DNA of 64,000 nt from Gammaproteobacteria bacterium. Its GTDB lineage: Bacteria; Pseudomonadota; Gammaproteobacteria; Eutrophobiales; Eutrophobiaceae. The stretch lies in the NCBI GenBank assembly GCA_965221695.1, contig OZ244905.1, positions 928,001-992,000 on the forward strand, read 5' to 3'. The position numbers and the translations under genes are program-made. This document shows positions 18,462 to 28,512 of the stretch, piece by piece (positions within the stretch are counted from its first letter, which is position 1; every line of letters starts with the position of its first letter). The notes beneath the pieces were generated by a model. The model saw nothing but the letters and a program-made list of their open reading frames with translations. It did not search any database and had not been told where the DNA came from.

Positions 18462-20129
18462 TCACTCTTGGACTCTTGTACTCTGTCTGTGCAGATCTTG
18501 CCGGACACGCCGTAATGTGCTCTGACGCGCAACCTCCCACATCAAAGCCCACTTGAACTTATAACAGGCGCCATCGATATTCCCTGTCTTTAACAGTTCC
18601 CCGCTTCTGAGCAGCGAATTCAATGCATGATCAAGCTCGTTCCTGTTGTGGGGCCACATCTCTGCTAACAGAGAATAGTTGAACTTGCGACCTAACGCGG
18701 CGCCAATTTTCGCAGCTTTCCTGACAACAGGTTCATGCCGATCCAATCTTGCCATCAAAACAGTCCAGATCTTGTCGGGTATCTGGAATTCTTCCCGGCT
18801 TGGCTGCCGGCTTCCGTTGGTTTTACGTCGCGTTTGCAACGCTTTTCTGGTTAATTCTTCCAAGAACATCGGTATACCATCGCCTTTGGCGATGATTCCA
18901 GACATACTATGAGCAGAAATCTGTCTATTACCAGCGCGCCTGAGAATAAAAGCTCGGGCGGCGGCCTGATGCAACGGGCTAAGGCGAATAGTTTCCACAT
19001 GCCCTTGTTTAAGCCAGTTTTTCGGCGGTTGAAAATCTGGCTGGTGGGATATAGCCAGCAGTATCGGCTTATCCGGCGTCTGCGCTATCAGTTTGTCGAT
19101 TAATGCCAGCGCCGCGCTATCGCAGCGCTGCGCGTCTTCCAGAATGATCAGGCAAGGCCAGTCCGAGACACCTTTTCCGGATAGTTTTTTCCCGGCACAA
19201 AAATTTTCGGTAGCCGTTCCGCTTATGACCTGCAATTGCGAAATATGCGGGCGTAGGATGTCTTTTATATTCTCAGGCGAACATTGCAGGATAAATTGTT
19301 CCGAACATTGTCTGGATAGATTTATTCGCAACGTCTCCAGCAGCTTTGTTTTTCCCGTTCCTGTCTCACCGGAAATCAGGGCCACTCTGCCGGACTGAGT
19401 TCGAGCCAGGTCCCAGAGTTCGACGAGCCGGCCATATTTTTTTACCCTACCCGCCAGTTCCATCAGTTTGGCTGGTTTACTCGGGTAGGCATGAGTTTGT
19501 ATATTTGAAGGCCCGGCAACCTGCCATAGTTTCTGTGGCATTTTATATCCGCGCAATGATGAATTTCCCAGATATTTCAGTTCAAAAGAGTTGTGTATCA
19601 GATAATGCGTGTTCCCACACACCATAACCGTATCCGGTTGCGCCTCAGACTGTAATCTTGCGGCCAGATTAGGCGCTTCGCCGATAACGACTTGATCATA
19701 CATCTTGCCAGATCCCCCTGCATCGCCAACCAGCGTCACCCCGGAAGCAATGCCTACGCGAATGGAGATATCTTTCCAATAACTGTTAGCCGCCGCCTTT
19801 CGGATATTGATTGCATTGAGCAGTTCCAGGGCCGCACAAACAGCCCGCACAGCATCATTTCCATAGGCGCGGGGATAACCAAAAAAACTCATGATGCCGT
19901 CTCCCGTGAAACTAGCGGGAAAACCATTGTGACTGTTGATAATTTCAGCGCCGAGCCGCCGGTATGCCAGGATAAGATCCAGCAGGCATTCCGGGTCCAA
20001 TTGCGCAGTCAGGCGAGTCGAATTTACCATGTCACAGAACATGACAGTGAGAAATCTACGTTCAAGATGGCCGGCAGAGTCAAAATGCTGGCGTTGCAGG
20101 TGGGCAGGATGGGAAAAGGCGTATTCCAT
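18462..20129 (-). CDS. Class III adenylate/guanylate cyclase fused to a STAND-type AAA ATPase (lacks C-terminal TPRs)
   Basis: RRFLTVMFCDMVNST, GDG, RVGIASG and GEAPNLAARLQ cyclase motifs; Walker A GETGTGKT; Walker B LIILED; GIPMFLEE. Start is 20129 or 20180. Confidence 0.85.
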   Translation of the reverse strand: MEYAFSHPAHLQRQHFDSAGHLERRFLTVMFCDMVNSTRLTAQLDPECLLDLILAYRRLGAEIINSHNGFPASFTGDGIMSFFGYPRAYGNDAVRAVCAALELLNAINIRKAAANSYWKDISIRVGIASGVTLVGDAGGSGKMYDQVVIGEAPNLAARLQSEAQPDTVMVCGNTHYLIHNSFELKYLGNSSLRGYKMPQKLWQVAGPSNIQTHAYPSKPAKLMELAGRVKKYGRLVELWDLARTQSGRVALISGETGTGKTKLLETLRINLSRQCSEQFILQCSPENIKDILRPHISQLQVISGTATENFCAGKKLSGKGVSDWPCLIILEDAQRCDSAALALIDKLIAQTPDKPILLAISHQPDFQPPKNWLKQGHVETIRLSPLHQAAARAFILRRAGNRQISAHSMSGIIAKGDGIPMFLEELTRKALQTRRKTNGSRQPSREEFQIPDKIWTVLMARLDRHEPVVRKAAKIGAALGRKFNYSLLAEMWPHNRNELDHALNSLLRSGELLKTGNIDGACYKFKWALMWEVARQSTLRRVRQDLHRQSTRVQE

Positions 20130-20291
20130 TACAATCGGGATGGAGAAAGCGTAATTTAAGTGTTCAATCGGTCCAGTCAAAATACAATGCCGTCCCTGCT
20201 ACAGCATCAATTCTACTGAACAGGGAGTTCAGTCAAATACTATGTCGCCTCCTGCCTGCGCGGGACAAGCTGTGGACAACTTTTTATTTTA

Positions 20292-20443
20292 ATAAACTCT
20301 GAATCAGTTCATCCCGGACTTGTCAGAGCGCGTAAAACAAAAAAGCGACTTTCGTTTTACTCACTAAATCAATGACATAAAGTCATCGATTTCGACAGCA
20401 CGTCCCTACGCTGCAGGATCCTCTGACTAAATCAGAGATTCTC
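20292..20443 (+). mobile_element. MITE copy (longest, about 150 bp)
   Basis: CTCTGAATCAG..CATCCCGGACTTGTCAGAG...TAAATCAATGACATAAAGTCATCGATTT...CTCTGACTAAATCAGAGATTCT; shares blocks with 876-960 and 62103-62200. Confidence 0.6.
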
Positions 20444-20519
20444 TTACATTCTATCAAATTCCCGTTTGCGTGAGAATTATCTCAGAGGTAATTGTTGAAA
20501 GTATAATATTGTCCCGGTC

Positions 20520-21599
20520 CTACCGCAACATCTGATTGACCGCTTCGGTAAATGACGCATATTGGTCGAGTAGTGAGTTTGCCGCATTGAACTGTCCTTT
20601 GGCCCTGATCTCACTGTGTTCGCTATGGCTGCCGAACCGTTTCGGGTCCCATGAGAAATAATCCTCATTTAAGGCATCGGCACAAAACCGGGCCGCCAAC
20701 TCAAGGTATATGGTCAGCGTCGCTGCCGGGACAGCAAGCCATTCCTCCCGCGTGAGCAATTCTCCGGCATGGTGGAAGTAAGCTACAAGCGCCGCTCGGC
20801 AATGAGGTATAGAGAAGTAAGCGTCAGTGGAATCTTCCCCGGCGGGGTTGCACCAGGAACGCAGCGCATCGCCTAGTTCCAGGTAGATCGGCATTCTGTT
20901 CAATGTGTCGAAATCAACCATGCAGAGCGCTTCACGGCCGTCGTTTGAAAAGATGAAATTGGATATCTTCGGGTCGCCGTGAACCATCCTTGCAGCCACT
21001 TCAGGCAATGCCGGAAGCTGGTCCAGACGCGCCAGAATGGCTTCTCCCAAGGGTTTAACCAGCGCGTGCCTGGAATGGCTGCGGCGTTCTGTCAGGCTAT
21101 TTTTCAGTCGCAAAGCATGTAGCGGCGTGTCGTGCGCAGCCGGCTGGTCTGTCTGTAATTCGTAATCAAGCAGCGCCAGAGCCGAATGCACGCGCCCCAA
21201 CATGGCGCCCGCCGCGCGCGCCATATCGGAGTGTTCCAAGCGCTCGTAGACGCTGCCGCTGATATGATTGAATAAACGCCAGACCCATCCGTCTACGCAC
21301 AAATACACCATTCCGCGGGAGTCCGGCAACAACCTGGGAGCCAACAGGCCGGATTGCTGTAAATGGCGGGTTACAATATCGATATCCAGATTTATTTCAG
21401 GGGGGAACCTGCTGTTTACCTGCTGTAATATGTAATCCAGGCCTTTGCTGTCTGTGACGCGATAAGTTTTGTTGATCAGTCCGGTATCCACCGCTCGAAT
21501 TTGCGCGGGAGTGACCGCGTAAGCCGCAAGCACATTTTGGATCTGTTCAGTTGGTAACGCATCCATGACCGGAAAGAATCTCACACCGATCGAATTCAT
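20520..21599 (-). CDS. APH/choline-kinase-superfamily phosphotransferase (N-acetylhexosamine-1-kinase-like)
   Basis: GLINKTY, HGDPKISNF, VDFDT and LGDALRSW motifs. Start may be 21566 (MDALP). Confidence 0.82.
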   Translation of the reverse strand: MNSIGVRFFPVMDALPTEQIQNVLAAYAVTPAQIRAVDTGLINKTYRVTDSKGLDYILQQVNSRFPPEINLDIDIVTRHLQQSGLLAPRLLPDSRGMVYLCVDGWVWRLFNHISGSVYERLEHSDMARAAGAMLGRVHSALALLDYELQTDQPAAHDTPLHALRLKNSLTERRSHSRHALVKPLGEAILARLDQLPALPEVAARMVHGDPKISNFIFSNDGREALCMVDFDTLNRMPIYLELGDALRSWCNPAGEDSTDAYFSIPHCRAALVAYFHHAGELLTREEWLAVPAATLTIYLELAARFCADALNEDYFSWDPKRFGSHSEHSEIRAKGQFNAANSLLDQYASFTEAVNQMLR

Positions 21600-21644
21600 G
21601 CAATTTAGAATCTACACCGCAATCGAATACGACTCGGCGAAATT

Positions 21645-21890
21645 CTCAAACAAAAGCTTGCCAACATTACCCTGGAAGCGCTGGAAAAGGATTATCATCA
21701 TGACGGCGCATTGCCAAAAGCGCCACCGGAGTGTTACCACGTAAAAGACACCTACGTACATCCTGCCACGGCGCTGGCGCTCACTCGTGACGATCCCGCC
21801 CTTGGAGAGCAAACCATTACCGCAATCAGGGAAGAGATCCAGGAGGTGTTAGGGCATACGGAAGTCGTCCGGCAACGGGTCATATATTGA
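21645..21890 (+). pseudogene. Start-less duplicate of the last 81 codons of the 16981-17586 gene
   Basis: 246 bp colinear with 17341-17586, no indels, 11 aa differences and many synonymous changes; an upstream in-frame TAG and no start codon. Confidence 0.9.
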
Positions 21891-21926
21891 ACTGAAAGTC
21901 TTCAAGCAATCGCGCCACCAGGCTGG

Positions 21927-21978
21927 CACGGTGATACACACAAAATATATCTCCCGGTCCCGGCCGATAAGTTGACGA
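21927..21978 (-). pseudogene. Degenerate internal hemP fragment
   Basis: Matches 15363-15438 with internal deletions; reads QLIGRDREIY on the minus strand. Confidence 0.75.
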
Positions 21979-21989
21979 ATGTATGCCAG

Positions 21990-22028
21990 TTAGAGAAGCT
22001 CTGAGGCTTAATCTCAGAGGTTTCTTAA
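21990..22028. repeat. Short MITE-terminus palindrome
   Basis: TTAG AGAAGCTCTGAGGCTTAATCTCAGAGGTTTC TTAA. Confidence 0.7.
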
Positions 22029-22056
22029 CATGGGTATCCTGTAAAAACCTGTGATT

Positions 22057-23376
22057 TTATCGGACCCAGGTTATTATCCAGGATGGTTCGTCTGCTACCG
22101 CAGCAAAGTCTGTATCGATCCAGAAGCCTGTGACCAGGGCCAGTCTGTCGTTGATAAAGATGAGGGGTATGCGCTCACGTAGCCACGGCGGGGTTCTGGC
22201 TTCCTGGAACAGTTTCTTCAGCTTATGCCGGCAAGACCTGCCTGGCAGACTAATTTTCTCTCCACCGCGACGATAACGGATTTCCACCCGCGCGCCGGCG
22301 CAGACCTGCTGCTTGAGCCCACTACCGCGGCCTGCTGTGGCAGTCAATTCTCCATCATCCAGGCAGCAGGGCGCCGGCAAATCCCAGACCCGTACCGCTG
22401 ATCTGTCAAATGCTTTCAAGGGCGCGCCAAGGTAAATGTATTGCCCGTAGCGTTTTATCTCCGCGCCGTTCCAACTGACCCGCGCCATTGAGTCGCGTCT
22501 GGAATTGATGATATCGGAAAGAATATGGCTCAGTTGGCGGCTGTCAGGAAGCGTTAAATCCAGCATACGACACCAGTAACGGACCACGTTCTTCTGTCTG
22601 GGAGAGGACAGTCGTTGCATCCGATCGACATACGCGATGCCTGAGTCTTCAGCGCGGCAGAACAACAGGTCCTGGCGGGCCAGATCATTCAGAAGTTCTT
22701 GAGTTTCAGCTAGGATGTCGATGGTTCGGCTGATCGGGAGCGCTACCGAAGGCCACTTGTGCTGAATTACCGGCAACGCTTGATGGCGGAGGTAATTCCG
22801 ATCCAGTTGTATATCGCTGTTGGAAGGGTCTTCAATCCAGCGCAGGCCATGAAGTTGAGCGTAGGTCAATAACTGGGCGCGTGAATAATTCAGCAGCGGA
22901 CGCGCATGAAACCCTTGCCCGAACCTGCGCACAGGCCGCATCGATACCAGTCCCAAGACACCAGCCCCGCGCAACAGCCGCAACAGGAACGTCTCAACCT
23001 GATCGTCCTGATGATGCGCGGTCAGCAAGACCTCGCCTTCTGCAAGGATAGCTTCAATTGCCCCATAGCGTTTGCGCCTGGCCCAGCTTTCAGGGCTTTC
23101 CTTATTCGGACTGCTTGCGTCGACATCCAGCGTTTCCAGTTTTACGCCCAGCGCGCGGCATATCTTTCGGCAATGCCGGACCCAAGAGCCGCTTTCCGGA
23201 TGCAGATGATGGTTAATATGCACAGCCCTGAACTGGCGATCGGAATCCTTGGCGAGAGTGGACATCAGAAACAACAGCACATGGGAATCGAGACCGCCGC
23301 TGTAAGCTACAAGGTAGCGCCCAGCATCCGGAAGCGTGTCAAGGAAAGCCGCGATGCTTTCAGCGCTGAGCCGCAT
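22057..23376 (-). CDS. tilS: tRNA(Ile)-lysidine synthetase
   Basis: AYSGGLDS, TAHHQDDQVETFLL and KLKKLFQE motifs; downstream of accA. Confidence 0.97.
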   Translation of the reverse strand: MRLSAESIAAFLDTLPDAGRYLVAYSGGLDSHVLLFLMSTLAKDSDRQFRAVHINHHLHPESGSWVRHCRKICRALGVKLETLDVDASSPNKESPESWARRKRYGAIEAILAEGEVLLTAHHQDDQVETFLLRLLRGAGVLGLVSMRPVRRFGQGFHARPLLNYSRAQLLTYAQLHGLRWIEDPSNSDIQLDRNYLRHQALPVIQHKWPSVALPISRTIDILAETQELLNDLARQDLLFCRAEDSGIAYVDRMQRLSSPRQKNVVRYWCRMLDLTLPDSRQLSHILSDIINSRRDSMARVSWNGAEIKRYGQYIYLGAPLKAFDRSAVRVWDLPAPCCLDDGELTATAGRGSGLKQQVCAGARVEIRYRRGGEKISLPGRSCRHKLKKLFQEARTPPWLRERIPLIFINDRLALVTGFWIDTDFAAVADEPSWIITWVR

Positions 23377-24344
23377 TACTCATGAAAATGCCCATAGGAT
23401 CGGAGTCGTGTTTGACGAGCTTCCAGAAGCTCTTCAATGCCCACTTGCTGAAGTTCGCTCAATTGTTGTTTTATCTGTGCGCTCACGCTGGAGGCCACCT
23501 GATCGTAATCTCTATGCGCCCCGCCCAACGGTTCCTCAATGATGGTGTCAATCAGGCCGAGCCGTAGCAGCCTGCGGGCGGTTACGCCTAGCGCTTCCGC
23601 CGCGTCTTCTGCCTTGCCCGAGTCCTTCCATAAAATGGATGCGCAGCCCTCAGGCGAAATCACCGAGTAAGTGCTATATTGCAGCATGTTCAACCGGTCG
23701 CCCACGCCAATTGCCAAGGCGCCCCCGGATCCCCCCTCGCCAATGACTATCGATATAACCGGTGTTCGCAACTCCGACATAACCATCAGGTTTCTGGCGA
23801 TGGCCTCGCTTTGTCCGCGCTCTTCGGCGCCGATGCCGGGATAAGCGCCGGGCGTATCGATAAAGGTAATCGTCGGAAGTTTAAATCGTTCCGCGAGTTG
23901 CATAATGCGCAAGGCTTTGCGATAGCCTTCCGGCTTTGGCATGCCATAGTTCCGGTAGATCCTATCCTTGATGTCTCTGCCCTTCTGGTGCCCGACCAGC
24001 GCAACCGGCTCACCCTCGAAACGGCCAATCCCTGTTACGATTGCAGGGTCATCCGCAAAATTACGATCGCCGTGCAGTTCAATGAAATCGGAAAATATTC
24101 TGCCAACATAGTCAAGGGTATAAGGCCGGAGGGGGTGCCGGGCTATCTGAGAAACCTGCCAGGCATTGAGTGTGGCAAAAATTGCCTGTGTCAGATCCTT
24201 GCTGCGCTTTTGCAGGCGGGTGATCTCATTGTGGATATTCAGTTCGCCATCGTCACTGACGTGGCGCAACTCTTCGATCTTCGCCTCCAACTCAGCGATG
24301 GGTTGCTCAAAATCGAGAAAATTAACTGATTGTTGCTGTTCCAT
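23376..24344 (-). CDS. accA: Acetyl-CoA carboxylase carboxyltransferase alpha
   Basis: [23 protein letters not shown] and [10 protein letters not shown] motifs. Confidence 0.98.
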   Translation of the reverse strand: MEQQQSVNFLDFEQPIAELEAKIEELRHVSDDGELNIHNEITRLQKRSKDLTQAIFATLNAWQVSQIARHPLRPYTLDYVGRIFSDFIELHGDRNFADDPAIVTGIGRFEGEPVALVGHQKGRDIKDRIYRNYGMPKPEGYRKALRIMQLAERFKLPTITFIDTPGAYPGIGAEERGQSEAIARNLMVMSELRTPVISIVIGEGGSGGALAIGVGDRLNMLQYSTYSVISPEGCASILWKDSGKAEDAAEALGVTARRLLRLGLIDTIIEEPLGGAHRDYDQVASSVSAQIKQQLSELQQVGIEELLEARQTRLRSYGHFHE

Positions 24345-24388
24345 GATACGGGTTAATCCACTGCCCAGCCGGATTTTTCAGATACAGG

Positions 24389-27300
24389 TTAAAGCTTCAC
24401 CCGTTTCGGAAAGTCCAGGCATACATTTGTCGCGCCCACCATGTCGGTAAGTTCGGTCATTAATTCGTCGCTGAATTTTACGCCCCACTCGCTGCCGAAA
24501 TTCAGGCAGGTTGAGACATTGTCGTTATTATATTCCATCAAAACCCGATTTGTCCCGGATCGATAACGCGACAATACCTCCTTGACTCCGAGGACAAACT
24601 TGTCGCTTAGCATATTTTTATTTATTTTCAAACGGATAGCTGCATATCGCCGCCGCAACTCAGAGATCGAGTAAATCTCAGCCGCAACTATGGATATGCC
24701 GGTCTCGTAGTAGTTATCTTGCGTCGCTTCCCCCTTCAATACGATAAGCTGATCTTTCTGTAGTAGTTCTCCGTACTTCTGGTAATTTTCGCTGTAAACC
24801 GTAACCTGCAGGCGCGCAGTTTTATCATCCAGATCCAGTTCGGCCATGCGTCCCCTGTTCCCGGTGCGGATGCGCAGATTCTCAATATAACCAGCCACCG
24901 TCAGACTCATGCCTGGCTTGACCTTCTCCAACCGGGCAGAAATAAACGGCGCCAACTCTTTTTCAAAACGAGTGATTGGATGTCCTGTCAGGTAAAACCC
25001 AAGAGTTTCCTTCTCCCCTTTCAGACGTGTGAGTTCTTCCCAGTCGGGCGCGCTGACATAAGGTGTTTCAGCTTCAGCAGACCCGTCCGTGTGTTGCGGC
25101 AGCAAGTCCGCGCCGAACATATCATTCTGTCCGACCTCGGCATTGCTGGCCTGCTGCTCAGCGAACCTCAGCGCCTTCTCCAGGCTTTCCGCCAGCACGC
25201 TTCTGGGTTGGCCGAAATCATCCAGCGCGCCGGACCGGATCAGCGCTTCTATTACCCGTTTGTTGAGAGGTCGCGGAGCCGTGCGCCTGCAGAATTCAAA
25301 CAGGTCGGAAAATTGGCCGCGCTCCCGCCTCTCCGCACACATGTTCTCAATAGCAGCGCGGCCTACACCCTTGATGGCGCCCAGACCATATAAAACAGCG
25401 CATTCATTAATCACCTTGAACTTATAATTGCTGTGATTCACAGATGGGGGTTTTATCGCCAGTTTCATCCTGTTCGACTCTTCGATCATCCGTACCGTCC
25501 GATCAGTATTATTCATGTCCGCGGACAGTACGGCAGCCATGAATGCGGCAGGATAATGGGTTTTCAACCAGGCGGTCTGGTAAGCAAGCAGCGCATAAGC
25601 AACAGAATGGGATTTGTTGAAGCCGTAGCCGGCAAACTTTTCCATCAGGTCAAATATGGAGGTGGCAACTGTTTTGCTGACCTGGTTATTCAGTGCGCCC
25701 TGCACGAAAATATCTCTTTGTTGCGCCATCTCTGCGCGCTTTTTCTTGCCCATGGCACGGCGCAGCAAATCGGCTGACCCCAGGGTGTAACCGCCCAGGA
25801 TGCGCGCTATCTGCATTACCTGTTCCTGGTACAGGATCACACCATAGGTCGGTTTCAGCACAGACTCAAGCAAAGGGTGGAGATAGCGCACCTTGGCTTT
25901 GCCTTTTTTCCGGTCGATAAAATCATCAACCATGCCCGAATCCAGGGGGCCGGGGCGGAATAATGCCACCAGCGCGACCAGATCATCGAATTTATCCGGT
26001 TCCAATCGTTTTATCAGTTTTCTCATCCCATCCGATTCAAGCTGGAATATTGCGCTGGTGTCCATGCGCCGTATAGTTGCATAGGTTGCGGCATCATCGA
26101 GCGCGATATGTTTTATCTCCAGGCTTGGGACGCCATTGTCAAGCAGCAGTTCATTGATATCTTTTACTGCCCAATCGATAATGGTCAGGGTGCGCAGTCC
26201 CAGGAAATCAAACTTGACCAGTCCGATGGCTTCCACATCTCCCATGTCAAACTGGGTTGACGTGACTGAAGTGTTTCTTTCGCAGTACAGCGGCATAAAC
26301 TCGGTCAAAGTCCAGGGCGAGATGACGATGCCACCCGCGTGTTTTCCCGCATTTCGGGATAGCCCCTCCAGTTTTTTTGCCAGGTCAATGAGGATTTTGA
26401 CCTCCTCTTCCTCATCGTATCGCTGTTTCAGTATCTCCTCCGCTGCCAGCGCCTTATCCAGAGTCATATCCAGTTCAAACGGGATTAACTTGGCTATCTT
26501 GTCTACGTAGCCGTAAGGGTGTCCGAGCGCCCTGCCTACATCGCGCACCACTGCTTTTGCCGCCATGCTGCCGAAAGTGATGATCTGGGAGACCCGGTCG
26601 CGCCCGTAACGGCTGGACACGTATTCGATTACTTCATCCCGTCTGTCCATACAGAAATCCACGTCAAAATCAGGTAGTGATACCCTGTCCGGATTCAGGA
26701 ACCGTTCGAACAGCAATTCATGATAAATCGGATCTAACTCGGTGATGCCCAAGACATAGGCAACCAGGGAACCGCCCCCGGAACCGCGTCCTGGCCCTAC
26801 CGGTATGCCCTGCTGTTTTGCCCAATGGATGAAATCAGCCACGATGAGGAAATAACCCGGAAAACCCATACTGGTGATCACATCAAGTTCATCGTCCAGA
26901 CGCTTTCGGTATTGATCCGGATCGATGCCACTTACTGCCGCCCGCTTGTCGCTCACCAGTCTTTCCAGGCCGTTATAGGCTTCCCGACGCAGCCAATCTG
27001 ACTGGTCGAATCCTTCCGGAACAGGAAACTCCGGCAGGTGATAATCCCCGAATTGCAGTTCAAGGTTGCAACGGATGGCGATATTGACGCTGTTCTGTAA
27101 CGCTTCGGGCAGGTCGTGAAACAACTCCTGCATCTGTTCCGGTGATTTCAGGTATTGTTCGCTGGTATAGGTTCGGGGACGTTTTGAGTCGTTGAGCGTA
27201 TTACCATTATTAATACAGACCCGGGCTTCGTGGGCCTCAAAGTCTTCAGGCGTCAGAAACCGGGCGTCATTGGTCGCAACCACGGGCAGTTCGAACTGCG

Positions 27301-27874
27301 CGGCAAGCTCCAGGGTTTCTTGAATATAAACATCTTCCCCAGGGCGGCCAACGCGTTGCAGCTCCAGATAGAACCGGTCAGGGAATAAATCCCGAAAATA
27401 CGCCAGATGTTGTCTGGCAGAATCGGGTTGGTTATGCATGATGGACTGGCCGACCGCGCCGCTCATTGCGCAGGACAAGGCGATCAGACCGTTCGAACGG
27501 CGCTGCATCCAGTCTCTTTGTATCACGGGCGTCCCGCGTGACTGGCCCTCGGTATAGCTTTGGGTGATCAATTCCGTCAGGGCTTTGAAGCCATCGTTAT
27601 TCTGGCAAAGCAGCACAAGCCTCTGGTTCTTATCGTCGCCGTTTTCATCCGCCAGGTTTATCTCTGCTCCAATGATGGGTTTGACGCCGCGGCTCAGGCA
27701 TTTCCGGTAGAACTTGACCATCGAAAACATGTTGTACAATTCGGTGATCGCGCCGGACCACATGCTTTTCTCAACCAGAGAGTCCACGTAATCGTCGACC
27801 CGTAGCAAACCGTCTACCAGAGAATATTCGGTGTGCGTATGTAAATGGACAAAATTATCCTGCATTTTTTGCAT
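24389..27874 (-). CDS. dnaE: DNA polymerase III alpha subunit
   Basis: FVHLHTHTEYSL PHP domain, GPGRGSG, PDFDVDF, KFDFLGL and YGFNKSH motifs. Confidence 0.98.
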   Translation of the reverse strand: MQKMQDNFVHLHTHTEYSLVDGLLRVDDYVDSLVEKSMWSGAITELYNMFSMVKFYRKCLSRGVKPIIGAEINLADENGDDKNQRLVLLCQNNDGFKALTELITQSYTEGQSRGTPVIQRDWMQRRSNGLIALSCAMSGAVGQSIMHNQPDSARQHLAYFRDLFPDRFYLELQRVGRPGEDVYIQETLELAAQFELPVVATNDARFLTPEDFEAHEARVCINNGNTLNDSKRPRTYTSEQYLKSPEQMQELFHDLPEALQNSVNIAIRCNLELQFGDYHLPEFPVPEGFDQSDWLRREAYNGLERLVSDKRAAVSGIDPDQYRKRLDDELDVITSMGFPGYFLIVADFIHWAKQQGIPVGPGRGSGGGSLVAYVLGITELDPIYHELLFERFLNPDRVSLPDFDVDFCMDRRDEVIEYVSSRYGRDRVSQIITFGSMAAKAVVRDVGRALGHPYGYVDKIAKLIPFELDMTLDKALAAEEILKQRYDEEEEVKILIDLAKKLEGLSRNAGKHAGGIVISPWTLTEFMPLYCERNTSVTSTQFDMGDVEAIGLVKFDFLGLRTLTIIDWAVKDINELLLDNGVPSLEIKHIALDDAATYATIRRMDTSAIFQLESDGMRKLIKRLEPDKFDDLVALVALFRPGPLDSGMVDDFIDRKKGKAKVRYLHPLLESVLKPTYGVILYQEQVMQIARILGGYTLGSADLLRRAMGKKKRAEMAQQRDIFVQGALNNQVSKTVATSIFDLMEKFAGYGFNKSHSVAYALLAYQTAWLKTHYPAAFMAAVLSADMNNTDRTVRMIEESNRMKLAIKPPSVNHSNYKFKVINECAVLYGLGAIKGVGRAAIENMCAERRERGQFSDLFEFCRRTAPRPLNKRVIEALIRSGALDDFGQPRSVLAESLEKALRFAEQQASNAEVGQNDMFGADLLPQHTDGSAEAETPYVSAPDWEELTRLKGEKETLGFYLTGHPITRFEKELAPFISARLEKVKPGMSLTVAGYIENLRIRTGNRGRMAELDLDDKTARLQVTVYSENYQKYGELLQKDQLIVLKGEATQDNYYETGISIVAAEIYSISELRRRYAAIRLKINKNMLSDKFVLGVKEVLSRYRSGTNRVLMEYNNDNVSTCLNFGSEWGVKFSDELMTELTDMVGATNVCLDFPKRVKL

Positions 27875-27886
27875 TCAGCCGCTTCG

Positions 27887-27915
27887 GGCAACCCCTGGCC
27901 AAATCAGAGGTCCTG
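27887..27915. repeat. Degenerate MITE-terminus palindrome
   Basis: GGCAACCCCTGGCCAAATCAGAGGTCCT abuts the rnhB stop. Confidence 0.45.
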
Positions 27916-28512
27916 TTATTCGGGCACAGAGCACAGATTAAACAAAAGAGATTGTTGTACCGGGGCGAAACTGCGCCGGTGAATTGGGCATGGACCGTGT
28001 TCGGCTAATGCCTGAATATGCTGCCGGGTCGGATAACCCTTGTGCCGGGCAAAGCCGTAACCCGGGTATTTTCGTTCCATTTCCCGCATTTCCTGGTCCC
28101 GGCACACCTTAGCCAGAATTGAAGCAGCGCTAATACATGCTTCAGTCTGGTCGCCTTTTATGATGGCGCTGACCGGACAACGGGTCTCGGGACAGCAGTT
28201 GCCGTCGACCAGCGCCTGCTCGGGCATAACGCTTAACCCCTCAATTGCCCGTTGCATGGCCAGTAAACTCGCTTGCAATATATTCAACCTGTCAATCTCA
28301 AGATGGTCGGCGCGGCCGATAGCATAGGCCAGCGCCTTCTCCCGAATAAGACCTGCCAGCCGCTCCCGGCGCGGTTCCGATAAGATCTTGGAATCGGCCA
28401 GTCCGGCAACCATGTCAGTCTGATCCAGAATCACTGCGGCTGCAATCACCGGCCCCGCCAGCGGCCCGCGGCCCGCCTCGTCGACGCCTGCCAGCAAGCG
28501 CGCGCGCTTCAT
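27916..28512 (-). CDS. rnhB: Ribonuclease HII
   Basis: [27 protein letters not shown] and HKGYPT motifs. Confidence 0.97.
   Translation of the reverse strand: MKRARLLAGVDEAGRGPLAGPVIAAAVILDQTDMVAGLADSKILSEPRRERLAGLIREKALAYAIGRADHLEIDRLNILQASLLAMQRAIEGLSVMPEQALVDGNCCPETRCPVSAIIKGDQTEACISAASILAKVCRDQEMREMERKYPGYGFARHKGYPTRQHIQALAEHGPCPIHRRSFAPVQQSLLFNLCSVPE

Noticed and set aside
17681-20180. Pycsar/CBASS-type anti-phage system
   Set aside because: The partner is a Crp HTH transcription factor rather than a TM/TIR effector, and the cyclase is of the AC-STAND type.
20271-20280. DnaA box / replication origin
   Set aside because: There is only a single mismatched TGTGGACAA, with no cluster or DUE context.
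17341-21890. Diversity-generating retroelement VR/TR pair (duplicated gene 3' end)
   Set aside because: Differences are mostly synonymous third-position changes involving all four bases, not adenine-specific, and no reverse transcriptase is present.
21989-22030. Integron attC sites as an explanation for the palindromes
   Set aside because: The box order is GTT...AAC rather than RYYYAAC...GTTRRRY, the elements are too short, copies occur inside core operons, and there is no intI.
24389-27874. Intein or split in dnaE
   Set aside because: Length (1161 aa) and motif spacing are normal, with no intein motifs.
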